The notes: a model not told the origin generated them from the letters alone. DNA of 64,000 nt from Flavobacterium sp. (GCF_044361015.1 NZ_JBIKJL010000003.1:44037-108036), one strand, 5' to 3'; shown: positions 47,282 through 57,370, numbered from the stretch's first letter. Numbers and translations: made by a program.

Positions 47282-49051
47282 ATGAAAAAATACATACTCT
47301 ATAGTTTATTAAGTTTTTCTTTTTGGAGTGTTTCAGCTCAGAAAAACGATAGTGCTTCACAAGATTTAAATGGGATGCGAGCGATAGGTTCGCCTGCCAA
47401 TCCGAAGGTTCCCATGTCGTGGGACCGTTACCACGATTATGCTCAAATTACCCAATTCTGTAAAGATTTAGTAAAGTCCTATCCTAACTTAGTTAAAATG
47501 GAATCCATCGGGAAGTCCTATGAAAATAGAGATATTTGGGTATTAACGATTTCTGATTTTAAAACAGGGAAAATTGAACACAAACCCGGTTTTTACATCG
47601 ACGGCGGTATTCATGCCAACGAACTTCAAGGTGTTGAGGTTTCGATGTACACCGCTTGGTATTTGGCAGAAAGTTTTCAAACAGTTAAGTTTATCAACAC
47701 TTTGTTGAAAGAAAAAGTGTTTTATATAGCAGTGACTATCAGTCCTGATTCCAGAGAAAATTTTATTCACACGCCAAATAATGCCAACACCTCACGTTCC
47801 GGTATGCGTGCTTTTGACAATGATGGTGATGATTTGGTTAATGAAGATAAATTAGACGATTTAGACGGAGATGGAAATATCGTCATGATGCGTAGAAAAT
47901 CGAAAACCGGTCGTTGGAAAGTCGATCCTAAATATCCCAGTCGCATGTATCAAGTTCGCGGCGATGAAAAAGGAGACTATGAAATGTTAGGTTATGAAGG
48001 AATTGACAACGACAAAGACGGATTAGTAAATGAAGATAACACCGGAACCTATGACCCTAACCGTGACTGGGCTTGGAATTGGCAACCCAATTATGTTCAA
48101 AACGGAGCGTTATTTTATCCGGGAACATTACCTGAAACAAGAGCGGTCAAAGATTTTGTAGTGAATCATCCTAACATTGCCGGAGCTCAAAGTTACCACA
48201 ATTACGGGGGGATGTTTTTACGAGGTCCCGGTGCTGCCGAAGATGACCCACTGTTTAGCAGACAAGATATTGAAGTATATGACAACATTGGAAAATTAGG
48301 TGAGAAGTTGATTCCGGGTTATAACTATTTTATTTTACACAAAGATTTATATACTGTTTATGGAGGAGAAATTGATTTTCTATGTTTGACTCGTGGAATA
48401 TTTACCTTTAGTAACGAATTAATGACTTCTTATAAATTATTCAATCAAAAAAGTTCATGGAGTAGATGGGATAACGATGAATTCAATGAATTTGATAAAT
48501 ATCTGCTATTTGGAGATGGTTATGTTGAATGGAAAACGTTTGTTCATCCGCAATTTGGCGAGATTGAAGTAGGAGGTTCAAAAAAGAATTACATTCGAAA
48601 CCATCCGGGATTTATGTTGCAAGAAGATGCCCATCGGAATATGGCATTTACTTTATACCACGCGTATCAAACCCCAAAATTGGAAATAGTAGACATCAAA
48701 ACCGAAAAGTTATCAGGCGATTTAGTAGCCGTTACTGCAACAATTATGAATACGCGTATTATTCCAACGCATTCAACACATGATGTGAAAAACAAAATCG
48801 AGCAACCCAATTATATTACTTTAAAAGGAAGTACTGTGGTTGTAGGAATGACTGTTGAAAACGAAGATCTAAATTTATTTACAGAACAAAAATACCGACC
48901 TGAACAAATTGAAGTGCCCAACATCAGCGGTATGGGCAGTGTAAAAGTTCGCTGGATTGTAAAAGGAAATCCATCCAATGCAACGGTTGAAGTTTCAAGT
49001 GCTAAAGGCGGATTAGTATCAGAAAAAGTTTCTGAAAAACTTGCTAAATAG
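47282..49051 (+). CDS. Secreted M14 zinc carboxypeptidase
   Basis: GGIHANE, DPNRDW, LPET.AV, QSYHN and FSNEL are intact. Contains DxDxDG-rich inserts. Confidence 0.88.
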   Translation: MKKYILYSLLSFSFWSVSAQKNDSASQDLNGMRAIGSPANPKVPMSWDRYHDYAQITQFCKDLVKSYPNLVKMESIGKSYENRDIWVLTISDFKTGKIEHKPGFYIDGGIHANELQGVEVSMYTAWYLAESFQTVKFINTLLKEKVFYIAVTISPDSRENFIHTPNNANTSRSGMRAFDNDGDDLVNEDKLDDLDGDGNIVMMRRKSKTGRWKVDPKYPSRMYQVRGDEKGDYEMLGYEGIDNDKDGLVNEDNTGTYDPNRDWAWNWQPNYVQNGALFYPGTLPETRAVKDFVVNHPNIAGAQSYHNYGGMFLRGPGAAEDDPLFSRQDIEVYDNIGKLGEKLIPGYNYFILHKDLYTVYGGEIDFLCLTRGIFTFSNELMTSYKLFNQKSSWSRWDNDEFNEFDKYLLFGDGYVEWKTFVHPQFGEIEVGGSKKNYIRNHPGFMLQEDAHRNMAFTLYHAYQTPKLEIVDIKTEKLSGDLVAVTATIMNTRIIPTHSTHDVKNKIEQPNYITLKGSTVVVGMTVENEDLNLFTEQKYRPEQIEVPNISGMGSVKVRWIVKGNPSNATVEVSSAKGGLVSEKVSEKLAK

Positions 49052-49083
49052 TATTTGTAAACAGTAGAAAAATCCGATTATAA

Positions 49084-49673
49084 ATGAAAAAATTGATGCC
49101 GATTATTGTATTTGGATTGCTTTCATTTAATTCTTTTTAAAAGCAGGAAGGTCAATTTAGAATGGAACGGATGCCTGTTATGCTTTTGTTAAAGATGGAT
49201 TAGGGCTCACTTTAATGTTAGAGTCTAAATACGTAATCCAAAAAAATTTAAAAATTGGTTTACGCGTTGCTGGAACAGGTATTATTAGAGATGCGGATTT
49301 TTTCATTTTTATCACCTTAAAAACCACTGAAAGGTATGTTTATTCGTTTTTGGTGACTTGTAATTATTATTTTGTTAATGGAAAAATTTTGTTCCATTTT
49401 TTGGAGGGGGAATAGGGATTTGCAAGTGCATTAAGTTTGATTAATGAAAATGAAGAAAATGAAGATGTCAGGGAAGTGCAGTTTAAAGGTGGACTTGCTG
49501 TTGTTCTTCGTGGCGCTTTTGAATGGGGTAAGTTCAGATTGGGATTAGAGTAAAAATTAGTTCCAAAAACACCATTGTATTTAGTAAGCGGAATTGCCAC
49601 AACCGACATTTATAATTCTTATTTTGCTCTTACTTTCGGTTTTTTCGTTGGAGGAGGAAAATGTTGTAAATAA
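49084..49673 (+). pseudogene. Disrupted paralogue of the outer-membrane beta-barrel gene at 51388-51972
   Basis: Piecewise translation gives MKKLMPII..F*KQEGQFR / ..GLGL..LESKY.I..NL.IGLR..G..IIRD / ..YYF.NGK / FVPFFGGGIG / FASALS..LRGAFEWGKFRLGLE*N / LVPKTPLYL..NSYFALTFGFFVGGGK. This is collinear with 51388-51972 and shows at least 2 in-frame stops and several frameshifts. Confidence 0.88.
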
Positions 49674-49689
49674 TAGAGTAAGTTTAAAT

Positions 49690-49725
49690 AAAAAGGCTAT
49701 CTAAAATAGTTTAGATAGCCTTTTT
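49690..49725. terminator. Bidirectional terminator between the pseudogene and the porin-like gene
   Basis: AAAAAGGCTATCTAAA-atag-TTTAGATAGCCTTTTT. Confidence 0.8.
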
Positions 49726-49740
49726 ATTTTACATCACCAA

Positions 49741-50283
49741 TTAAAAGCGGTATCCCACTGAAAGTTGAATGACTCTGTTGGTTACTTCGGCTTCTTTATC
49801 AGCCTCGGTTAAACCAAGAACATATCTTGCTTGAACAAGGATATGGTCAGTAAGATTTAATCCTAAACCACCAACTGCGGCAAAGTCAAAACTTTCTGTC
49901 TCAAATTGATCCGGAACATCTTCGTTAATTAAAAACGCAAATTGTGGCCCAGCTTCTATGCTTAATTTCTCTGAAATCAAGTAAAATTTTGCCAAAACGG
50001 GTACTGTGATGTAGTTATAATTAATATCTTCAAGACCAGCAACATCAACTTTTGCCCCCTGAGACGAGTACAATAACTCGGGTTGTATAGAAAAGTTTTC
50101 CAATAACTTAACTTCTAACAAACCTCCAAAATGAAAACTGGTATAGGTGTCTAATGCTTCAATGTTATCTCCTTCGAGACTAGAGAAGTTAACCCCCGCT
50201 TTTACACCAAACTTCAATACTTGTGCGTTGCTACTAAAAATTCCAATTGCAAAAAATGCAATAACTAAACTGATTTTTTTCAT
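49741..50283 (-). CDS. PorT-like/OmpA-type 8-stranded outer-membrane beta-barrel protein
   Basis: Signal peptide, FGVKAGVNFS, IQPELLYS.QG, Y..VPVLAK, EAGPQFAFL, C-terminal SVGYRF. Confidence 0.88.
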   Translation of the reverse strand: MKKISLVIAFFAIGIFSSNAQVLKFGVKAGVNFSSLEGDNIEALDTYTSFHFGGLLEVKLLENFSIQPELLYSSQGAKVDVAGLEDINYNYITVPVLAKFYLISEKLSIEAGPQFAFLINEDVPDQFETESFDFAAVGGLGLNLTDHILVQARYVLGLTEADKEAEVTNRVIQLSVGYRF

Positions 50284-50668
50284 TTTTATAAATTTTTAAA
50301 ATTTATCAAATGTATAAAATTTTTTTTATGGAGCAATATTTTTTTTTATTGTTAATGAATCACCTTGTTTGTTGACTAAAATGTTGATAAGTCTAAAAGC
50401 ATCAAATTTTACTGACATTATGAAAAATATAGCTTTGATACTATTAATATAAAAACGAAGCTATTCATTAAAGATGTGTAAAGAACAGGATAATTTAATT
50501 TCTCGAGAATAGATTTTAATAAGTTAAATCAAACGCTTTTAATCGACAATGTTATTAACATTATACTTACAGGATGTTAACAACTTTGTTAACAACTACA
50601 AAATGCCTTCATATACAAGTATTTTTAATATTTTAATTTTGCTTTATAAATTTTAAAACAAGTAAAAT

Positions 50669-51286
50669 ATGAAGAAAATTATTTTATCGATTTTAGCAGT
50701 TGCTTCCTTTGGAATTGCTAACGCTCAAGATGAAGCTACAACATATGGATTCTCTGAGGGAGATATGTTTGTAGAAGGAAGCTTCAGCTTTAGATCAGGA
50801 GATGTAGTAGACAGCTGGTCATTTAATCCAAGTATAGGCTATTTGTTAACTGAAAAGTGGGCTATTGGTGGACGATTGAATTTTTCAGGATCAGACAATA
50901 ATGCACTCGAGGAAAATAAGTTCGGTGTAACTGCATTTGGTCGTTATTACTTTTTGTCTCTTGGCGAAAAAAAGAATTTTCAAGCTTATGGAGAAGTTGG
51001 GTTAGGATATTCAAGTGTTAAATCTAACGGTTTTTATGACGCAAATGGGGATTTTAATCCTTTTGGTAAAGATCAAACCAATGGCGATTTGAATGCTAAC
51101 ATTGATTTGGGAATCAATTACTTTTTTACAGGTAATTGGGCAGCTACATTTAAACTAGCTAATATTTTGAGTTACAATAGTACTAATCCTGAAAATGGTG
51201 ATAACTCAAGTGATTTAAATGTAAATGTAAATTTGTTTAATAACATTTTTGCTCAACCACAGTTTGGATTATTATATAGATGGTAG
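50669..51286 (+). CDS. Outer-membrane beta-barrel (porin-family) protein
   Basis: Signal peptide ANA-Q, GD.FVEGS, FNPSIGY, FGRYY, C-terminal GLLYRW. Confidence 0.82.
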   Translation: MKKIILSILAVASFGIANAQDEATTYGFSEGDMFVEGSFSFRSGDVVDSWSFNPSIGYLLTEKWAIGGRLNFSGSDNNALEENKFGVTAFGRYYFLSLGEKKNFQAYGEVGLGYSSVKSNGFYDANGDFNPFGKDQTNGDLNANIDLGINYFFTGNWAATFKLANILSYNSTNPENGDNSSDLNVNVNLFNNIFAQPQFGLLYRW

Positions 51287-51387
51287 TCCGTTTTTGTTTA
51301 ATATCAAAAACCACGCAATCTGTGTGGTTTTTGTTTTAAATACAGAATTTTATTCCTAAATTTGTGTAAATAAAAATAATATAAAGT

Positions 51388-51972
51388 ATGAAAAAAATAA
51401 TCTTATCAGTTGTAGCCTTGTTAATTTTCGGGTTTACTCAAGCACAACGCGAGGGAGGTTTTCGTGTTGGATTAGATATGGGAATTATTCCTGCTAGTGG
51501 GGGATTAGGTATTTCATTTGATATTGAACCAAAATACAATATTAAAGAAAACATGAGCGTTGGTTTACGTATAGGTGGTGCTGCCATTGTACGTGATTTG
51601 GAAGAGATTGGTAATACAACATTAGTAACAGCCACAGGAATAGGTTCCTATTTTGGAACTTTTGATTACTATTTTCCATCGGGTAAATCTTTTGTACCCT
51701 TTGTTGGTGGTGGTATTGGTTACGCAACTGCTTTGAGCGTTCGTGCTGATGAGGATGTAGAGGTGGATAATTTGGATTCGGATAGTGGCTTTGGAGGAGT
51801 TATTAGAGGTGGATTTGAATGGGGAAAATTCAGAATGAATTTAGAGTACAACTTTGTACCTAAAACACCGCTTTATTTAAATGGACCATTAACCACTGAA
51901 GATATTTCTAATTCTTATTTTGCTGTAAACCTAGGTTTTTATATAGGTGGAGGAAAATGGAAGAAAAATTAA
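51388..51972 (+). CDS. Outer-membrane beta-barrel protein
   Basis: Signal peptide TQA-Q and amphipathic strands (IEPKYNI..NMSVGLR, FVPFVGGGIG, GFEWGKFR, GFYIGGG). Confidence 0.8.
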   Translation: MKKIILSVVALLIFGFTQAQREGGFRVGLDMGIIPASGGLGISFDIEPKYNIKENMSVGLRIGGAAIVRDLEEIGNTTLVTATGIGSYFGTFDYYFPSGKSFVPFVGGGIGYATALSVRADEDVEVDNLDSDSGFGGVIRGGFEWGKFRMNLEYNFVPKTPLYLNGPLTTEDISNSYFAVNLGFYIGGGKWKKN

Positions 51973-51992
51973 TTTTAAATAATTTACAATTC

Positions 51993-52019
51993 AAAACCTT
52001 TCAATCACTGAAAGGTTTT
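51993..52019 (+). terminator. Terminator after the beta-barrel gene
   Basis: AAAACCTTTCA-atcac-TGAAAGGTTTT. Confidence 0.75.
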
Positions 52020-52051
52020 TTTATTTCCTTAAATCAGATTACATTTGAAAC

Positions 52052-52948
52052 ATGAACTGGCAAACGTATATAAAAAGTTTTCAATCCTATTTAAAAATAG
52101 AAAGGGGAATGTCGCAAAATACTTTAGCCAATTATACTTTTGATTTAGTGCGGCTGACACAGTTTTTAGAAACTCACGGAATTTCTAAAAATCCAATAAA
52201 TATTAGTGAAGAAGAAATTCAGCAATTTATTTATGCAGTTTCCAAAGAAGTGAATCCACGTTCGCAAGCCAGAATTATTTCAGGTTTAAAAAGTTTTTTT
52301 AACTATTTAATTTTTGAAGATTATCGGACTGATAATCCAATGGAATTGATTGAAACTCCACGATTAGGAAGAAAACTTCCGGATACTTTATCAATTGAAG
52401 ATATCGATCGATTGATTGCTGCCATTGATTTATCAAAGGAAGAAGGCGAACGCAATAAAGCAATGCTTGAAACTTTGTACGGTTGTGGTCTTCGAGTTTC
52501 TGAACTTGTTTCTTTAAAAATTTCTGATTTATTTTTTGACGAAGGTTTTATCAAAATTACCGGTAAAGGAAACAAGCAACGTTTTGTTCCTATTGGTAAG
52601 ACTACCCAAAAATACATGGAAACGTATAAAAACTTGATACGAACACATATTCCCATTCAAAAAGGCCACGAAGATACTTTGTTTTTAAACAGAAGAGGAA
52701 AGCAATTAACGCGGGCGATGGTTTTTACTATCATCAAAGATTTAGCTGTAAAAATCAATTTGAACAAATCGATTAGTCCGCATACCTTCCGCCATTCTTT
52801 TGCTACACATTTGTTGGAAAATGGTGCCGATTTGCGTTCGATTCAGTTGATGTTAGGACATGAATCGATTACAACTACTGAAATATATGTGCATTTGGAT
52901 CGAAAACATCTTACGCAAATTGTCAACAAGTTTCACCCGAGGAAATAG
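52052..52948 (+). CDS. xerD: Site-specific tyrosine recombinase (XerD-type)
   Basis: LYGCGLRVSEL, GKGNKQR.VP, SPHTFRHSFATHLLENGADLR.IQ.MLGH.SI.TTEIY. Confidence 0.88.
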   Translation: MNWQTYIKSFQSYLKIERGMSQNTLANYTFDLVRLTQFLETHGISKNPINISEEEIQQFIYAVSKEVNPRSQARIISGLKSFFNYLIFEDYRTDNPMELIETPRLGRKLPDTLSIEDIDRLIAAIDLSKEEGERNKAMLETLYGCGLRVSELVSLKISDLFFDEGFIKITGKGNKQRFVPIGKTTQKYMETYKNLIRTHIPIQKGHEDTLFLNRRGKQLTRAMVFTIIKDLAVKINLNKSISPHTFRHSFATHLLENGADLRSIQLMLGHESITTTEIYVHLDRKHLTQIVNKFHPRK

Positions 52949-53014
52949 TATACAGTCGCAGTGTATAGTAGAGTTGCTGTTTTAAGTCACAGTTTACAGA
53001 TTTTTAGTTAAAAT

Positions 53015-53049
53015 AAAAAAAGCAATTCTATTGCAGAAATTGCTTTTTT
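53015..53049. terminator. Bidirectional terminator between xerD and rny
   Basis: AAAAAAAGCAATT...AATTGCTTTTTT hairpin between convergent genes. Confidence 0.7.
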
Positions 53050-53108
53050 ATTAGTTATGCTTTTTAAATACGGTAACTGAAAACAGGGACTGTCAGCTGA
53101 ACACTAAA

Positions 53109-54674
53109 TTATTTCGCAATATTCACTGCTCTGGTTTCACGAATCACAGTAATTTTTACCTGTCCGGGATAAGTCATTTCTGTTTGAATTTTTTGAGAAA
53201 CTTCAAAGGATAGTTTTGCCGCTTGATCGTCGGAAACTTTTTCGCTTTCAACAATTACACGCAACTCACGTCCTGCTTGAATAGCATAAGCACTTTTCAC
53301 ACCATTAAATCCGAAAGCAATGGCTTCCAAATCTTTTAAACGTTGAATGTACGAATCCAATACTTGTCTTCTTGCTCCGGGTCTTGCCCCTGAAATTGCA
53401 TCACACACTTGAATTATCGGTGAAATTAAATATTTCATTTCAATTTCATCGTGGTGAGCTCCAATAGCGTTACATACTTCTTCTTTTTCGCCGAATTTTT
53501 CAGCCCATTGCATCCCTAAGATGGCGTGAGGCAGTTCACTTTCAGCATCTGGCACTTTTCCGATATCATGCAATAATCCGGCACGTTTGGCCAATTTTAC
53601 ATTTAATCCTAATTCAGCGGCCATGATTCCACACAATTTGGCTACTTCTCTAGAGTGTTGTAATAAGTTTTGTCCGTACGAAGAACGGTATTTCATTCGA
53701 CCAACCACTTTAATCAATTCCGGATGTAAACCGTGAATTCCTAAATCGATTACGGTGCGTTTACCAACTTCAATGATTTCATCGTCAATTTGTTTAGTGG
53801 TTTTAGCAACTACTTCCTCAATTCTGGCTGGGTGAATACGACCATCGGTAACTAATTTATGTAATGCTAAACGGGCAATTTCTCTTCGAACAGGATCAAA
53901 ACAAGAAAGTATAATTGCTTCCGGGGTATCGTCTACGATGATTTCTACTCCGGTTGCAGCCTCTAAAGCACGTATGTTTCGACCTTCACGACCAATGATT
54001 CTTCCTTTTACGTCATCTGATTCAATGTTGAAAACAGATACACAATTTTCAACTGCTTCTTCAGTCCCTACGCGTTGAATCGTATTGATGATTACTTTTT
54101 TAGCTTCTTGTTGTGCGGTTAATTTGGCTTCTTCCAAAGTGTCTTGAATATGAGCCATTGCTTTTGTTTTAGCCTCTGCTTTTAAGTTTTCAACTAATTG
54201 TTCTTTGGCATCTTCAGCTGATAAACCGGAAATAACTTCTAATTGTTGCACCTGACTTTTGTGAAGTTTTTCCAGTTCAATTTGTTTTTTGTCTAAAATT
54301 TCAATTCGGTTATTGTAATCTACAATTTTGATTTCAAAATCATCTGCTGATTTCTTTGCTTTAGCTAGTTCACTCGAAACTTGAGATTCTTTATCTCTTG
54401 TCCTTTTTTCAACTTCCGCTATTTTTTTGTCTTTGGATAAAATCTCTTTTTCATGTTCTGATTTTAACTCTAAAAATTTTTCTTTCGCTTGAAGGAGTTT
54501 GTCTTTTTTGATATTTTCAGCTTCAACTTTTGCATCTTTTAAGATGGAAGCAGCTTCCTTTTTTGCGTTTTTTATAAGGTTGGAAACGTTGCTTTTTTCA
54601 ATGACTTTTGCGATAGAAAAACCCGCTGTAATTCCAATAATTCCTGCGATAATAAGTAGTAATGTACTGTCCAT
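53109..54674 (-). CDS. rny: Ribonuclease Y
   Basis: N-terminal TM, coiled coil, KH domain [15 protein letters not shown] domain [19 protein letters not shown]. Confidence 0.97.
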   Translation of the reverse strand: MDSTLLLIIAGIIGITAGFSIAKVIEKSNVSNLIKNAKKEAASILKDAKVEAENIKKDKLLQAKEKFLELKSEHEKEILSKDKKIAEVEKRTRDKESQVSSELAKAKKSADDFEIKIVDYNNRIEILDKKQIELEKLHKSQVQQLEVISGLSAEDAKEQLVENLKAEAKTKAMAHIQDTLEEAKLTAQQEAKKVIINTIQRVGTEEAVENCVSVFNIESDDVKGRIIGREGRNIRALEAATGVEIIVDDTPEAIILSCFDPVRREIARLALHKLVTDGRIHPARIEEVVAKTTKQIDDEIIEVGKRTVIDLGIHGLHPELIKVVGRMKYRSSYGQNLLQHSREVAKLCGIMAAELGLNVKLAKRAGLLHDIGKVPDAESELPHAILGMQWAEKFGEKEEVCNAIGAHHDEIEMKYLISPIIQVCDAISGARPGARRQVLDSYIQRLKDLEAIAFGFNGVKSAYAIQAGRELRVIVESEKVSDDQAAKLSFEVSQKIQTEMTYPGQVKITVIRETRAVNIAK

Positions 54675-54699
54675 TTGTTTTTAAGGTTTATATATAAAA

Positions 54700-54860
54700 A
54701 AAGCCTACATTAGGTGATTGTATAAACTCGATAAGACAAGTTTTGAGCTAACTCATTGTTCAAGGATCCCACTACAAGGAGGGCATGCTTTAGTAATGAA
54801 GATTTGCTCATTCTAAATTGTTAGTGTTGAGTTTATCAAATAGAAACTAATGTAGGCAGT
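54700..54860 (-). ncRNA. ssrS: 6S RNA (Flavobacterial type)
   Basis: Long interrupted hairpin (GCCTACATTAG...CTAATGTAGGC; ATAAACTC...GAGTTTAT) located between zapA and rny, a position typical of 6S RNA. Confidence 0.8.
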
Positions 54861-54886
54861 ATCTTAATTAGTGAGTAAGAACGTAT

Positions 54887-55180
54887 TTATTTTTCCAGAT
54901 AATTGTCTAATAAATCATTTATTTTTTTCAGTCTCTCTAACGATTCCTGATTATCTTCCGTTTTTTCGATTTGTTTTTGCTCTAATTGCGAGGCAAACTG
55001 CAAGGCACACATGGCCAAAACATCTTGTTTATCTCTCACAGCATAATTTTGTTCGAATTGCTTAATCATCACATCAATTTTTTTTGAAGCACTTCGCAAT
55101 CCTTCTTCCTGACTTGGGTCCACCGTTAACGGATAAACGCGGTCAGCAATTGATAATTTAATTTTAAGCTTTTCGTTCAT
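54887..55180 (-). CDS. zapA: Cell division protein ZapA
   Basis: IKLSIADRVYPL....QEE.LR.A, Y...DKQDVLAM.AL. Confidence 0.9.
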   Translation of the reverse strand: MNEKLKIKLSIADRVYPLTVDPSQEEGLRSASKKIDVMIKQFEQNYAVRDKQDVLAMCALQFASQLEQKQIEKTEDNQESLERLKKINDLLDNYLEK

Positions 55181-55186
55181 GCTGTA

Positions 55187-55477
55187 TTAATCAGATAACT
55201 GTGCAATACAGTAATCAATTTCACGAATTAATGAATTTATTTTAAGCTTCGTATCTCTTTTGTTTTCGTCACTGCCTAATAACGAATTGGCTATTTTGAG
55301 TTTTTCATACTGTTTTTTTAAGCTTTCCATCTCACTGGCTTGAATTTGTATGTTTTGGTTTGCCTTGTTTAATTCCTGTTTTAAATCTTGTATAGTTGTC
55401 TCTAAACCTTGCATTTTGCTTATCAGTTTGGAGAGTCTATTTTCAAGAGAATCAACAATTTCTACCATTTCACTCAT
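55187..55477 (-). CDS. Coiled-coil protein upstream of zapA (ZapB-like position)
   Basis: Heptad-rich 96-aa sequence ending KLKIN.LIREID.CIAQL; co-transcribed with zapA. Confidence 0.7.
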   Translation of the reverse strand: MSEMVEIVDSLENRLSKLISKMQGLETTIQDLKQELNKANQNIQIQASEMESLKKQYEKLKIANSLLGSDENKRDTKLKINSLIREIDYCIAQLSD

Positions 55478-55663
55478 TGGAGCATATATTCATTACACGA
55501 TTTACAAAGTTAGTATTCCTAAACGATTAACGCAAATAAAAAAAGTAAATTTTATATTCAATTTTTATTTCTCACTAACTGTTGGTAAATCATTGAAATA
55601 GTATTTTTTAGCTTTGGTTTGAAATTTGCTATACTTTTTTTAAATTAGCAAAAATCCGAAGCC

Positions 55664-57361
55664 ATGAAATACACTTTATTATTACTTTTTGCCTCAATCA
55701 ATGCCTTTTCACAGGTGAACTATCCGCAAAATGATTTTATTTCTCCTTTAGATATTCCGCTTTCACTTTCCGGCACTTTCGGTGAGTTGCGTTCTAATCA
55801 TTTTCATTCCGGTTTAGATTTTAGAACACAATCAAAAACCGGTTTTAATGTTTATGCTACCGGAGATGGGTATATATCCAGAATTAAAATTTCCACTTTT
55901 GGTTATGGGAAAGCACTTTATATTATCCATCCAAACGGGTATACTTCGGTTTATGGACATTTGTTGAAGACTTCACCTAAGATTGACGCCTATTTAAAAG
56001 AACAACATTACAAAGAACAAAGTTTCGAAGTTGACCTTATTTTGGGCGAAGGCGTTCTGCCTGTAAAACAGGGAGAGATTATTGCTTTGTCCGGAAATTC
56101 CGGAGGTTCCGGCGGTCCGCATTTGCATTTTGAATACCGAGATACACAAACTGAAAAAATAATCAATCCGTTGTTTTTTGGATTAAATGCTAAAATAAAA
56201 GACACTAAAGTTCCGGTTGTGAATGAAATTGTGGTTTATCCCATCAGTGATGATGCTGTTGTGAATCAATCTCAACAGCCAATTTCTATTCCCATATCAT
56301 TACAAAAAGACGGAACTTATTTATCCTCAAAAGTTTTAGCTAAAGGGAAAATCGGTATAGGGGTTAATACCTATGACGGATCTGATAATAATTACGGTAA
56401 AAACGGAATTTATAAAATGCAAACATATTTAGATGGAAAACCTGCTTTTGACATTGCTTTTAATACATTTAGCTATGAAGAAACCCGTTATATTAATGCG
56501 TATATTGATTATTATCGGTATAAAAAGATGAATCAACGGGTTCAGAAATTGTATTATACAAAAAAATATCCCCTCAGTTTAATTTCTTCCAGTTTAACGG
56601 ATGGGATTATTACAATTCCGCCTAATATTTCTTCAATTTATAAAGTAGAAATTGCTGATTTTCATGGCAATAAAACAGCAATAACTATTCCTATAGAATC
56701 TGCTAATCAGGAAGTTAAAATTCCAAAAGTGATTAAAAAAACAAATTATTTTATTAAATCAGAAAACGAATATATTTTTGAAAAAGATAAGATTTCAGTA
56801 TTTATACCAGAGCAAACTTTTTACTATGATTTTCATTTAAAATTTGACGTAAAAGACAAGGTTTTGTATTTACACGATGATTCAACGCCCGTTCATTCCA
56901 ATTTTTCTGTCACTTTTGAAGAGGATTCGATTCCTGATGCTGACCGTGATAAGTTTTTCATTGCCACCATTAACGGTAAAAAAACATATTATAATTCAAC
57001 GAAAATAAAAGAAAAAAAATTTACAACATGGACGCGTAATTTAGGGGAATTTCGATTAATAAAAGATTCTGTTTCGCCTAAAATCACTTCTGTTAACTTT
57101 CAGGAAGGTAAATGGTTAAGTAAGCAAAATGATATTCAATTTGCAATAACTGATGATCTTTCAGGGATTAAAACTTATACGGGTTACTTGAACGGAAAAT
57201 GGATATTATTTGATTATGATTACAAGACCAATAAAATTACACACGATTTTTCAGATAATGTCGTTATAGAAGGACGAAATGAATTAAAAATTGTAGTAAC
57301 CGATAATGTTGGAAATTCTACTATATTTGAATCACATTTTTTTAGAAGTCAGCAACCTTAA
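55664..57361 (+). CDS. M23-family metallopeptidase
   Basis: FGELRSNHFHSGLD, YGHL, SG.SGGS.GPHLHFE. Confidence 0.92.
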   Translation: MKYTLLLLFASINAFSQVNYPQNDFISPLDIPLSLSGTFGELRSNHFHSGLDFRTQSKTGFNVYATGDGYISRIKISTFGYGKALYIIHPNGYTSVYGHLLKTSPKIDAYLKEQHYKEQSFEVDLILGEGVLPVKQGEIIALSGNSGGSGGPHLHFEYRDTQTEKIINPLFFGLNAKIKDTKVPVVNEIVVYPISDDAVVNQSQQPISIPISLQKDGTYLSSKVLAKGKIGIGVNTYDGSDNNYGKNGIYKMQTYLDGKPAFDIAFNTFSYEETRYINAYIDYYRYKKMNQRVQKLYYTKKYPLSLISSSLTDGIITIPPNISSIYKVEIADFHGNKTAITIPIESANQEVKIPKVIKKTNYFIKSENEYIFEKDKISVFIPEQTFYYDFHLKFDVKDKVLYLHDDSTPVHSNFSVTFEEDSIPDADRDKFFIATINGKKTYYNSTKIKEKKFTTWTRNLGEFRLIKDSVSPKITSVNFQEGKWLSKQNDIQFAITDDLSGIKTYTGYLNGKWILFDYDYKTNKITHDFSDNVVIEGRNELKIVVTDNVGNSTIFESHFFRSQQP

Positions 57362-57370
57362 ACCTATCTT

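Noticed and set aside
49215-49609. Track ORFs 49215-49415 and 49367-49609 as independent small proteins
   Set aside because: The first is one reading-frame fragment of the beta-barrel pseudogene and the second is its antisense shadow.
52052-52948. Tyrosine recombinase as a prophage or ICE integrase
   Set aside because: Its size and motifs fit chromosomal XerD, and there are no phage or conjugation genes or att duplication nearby.
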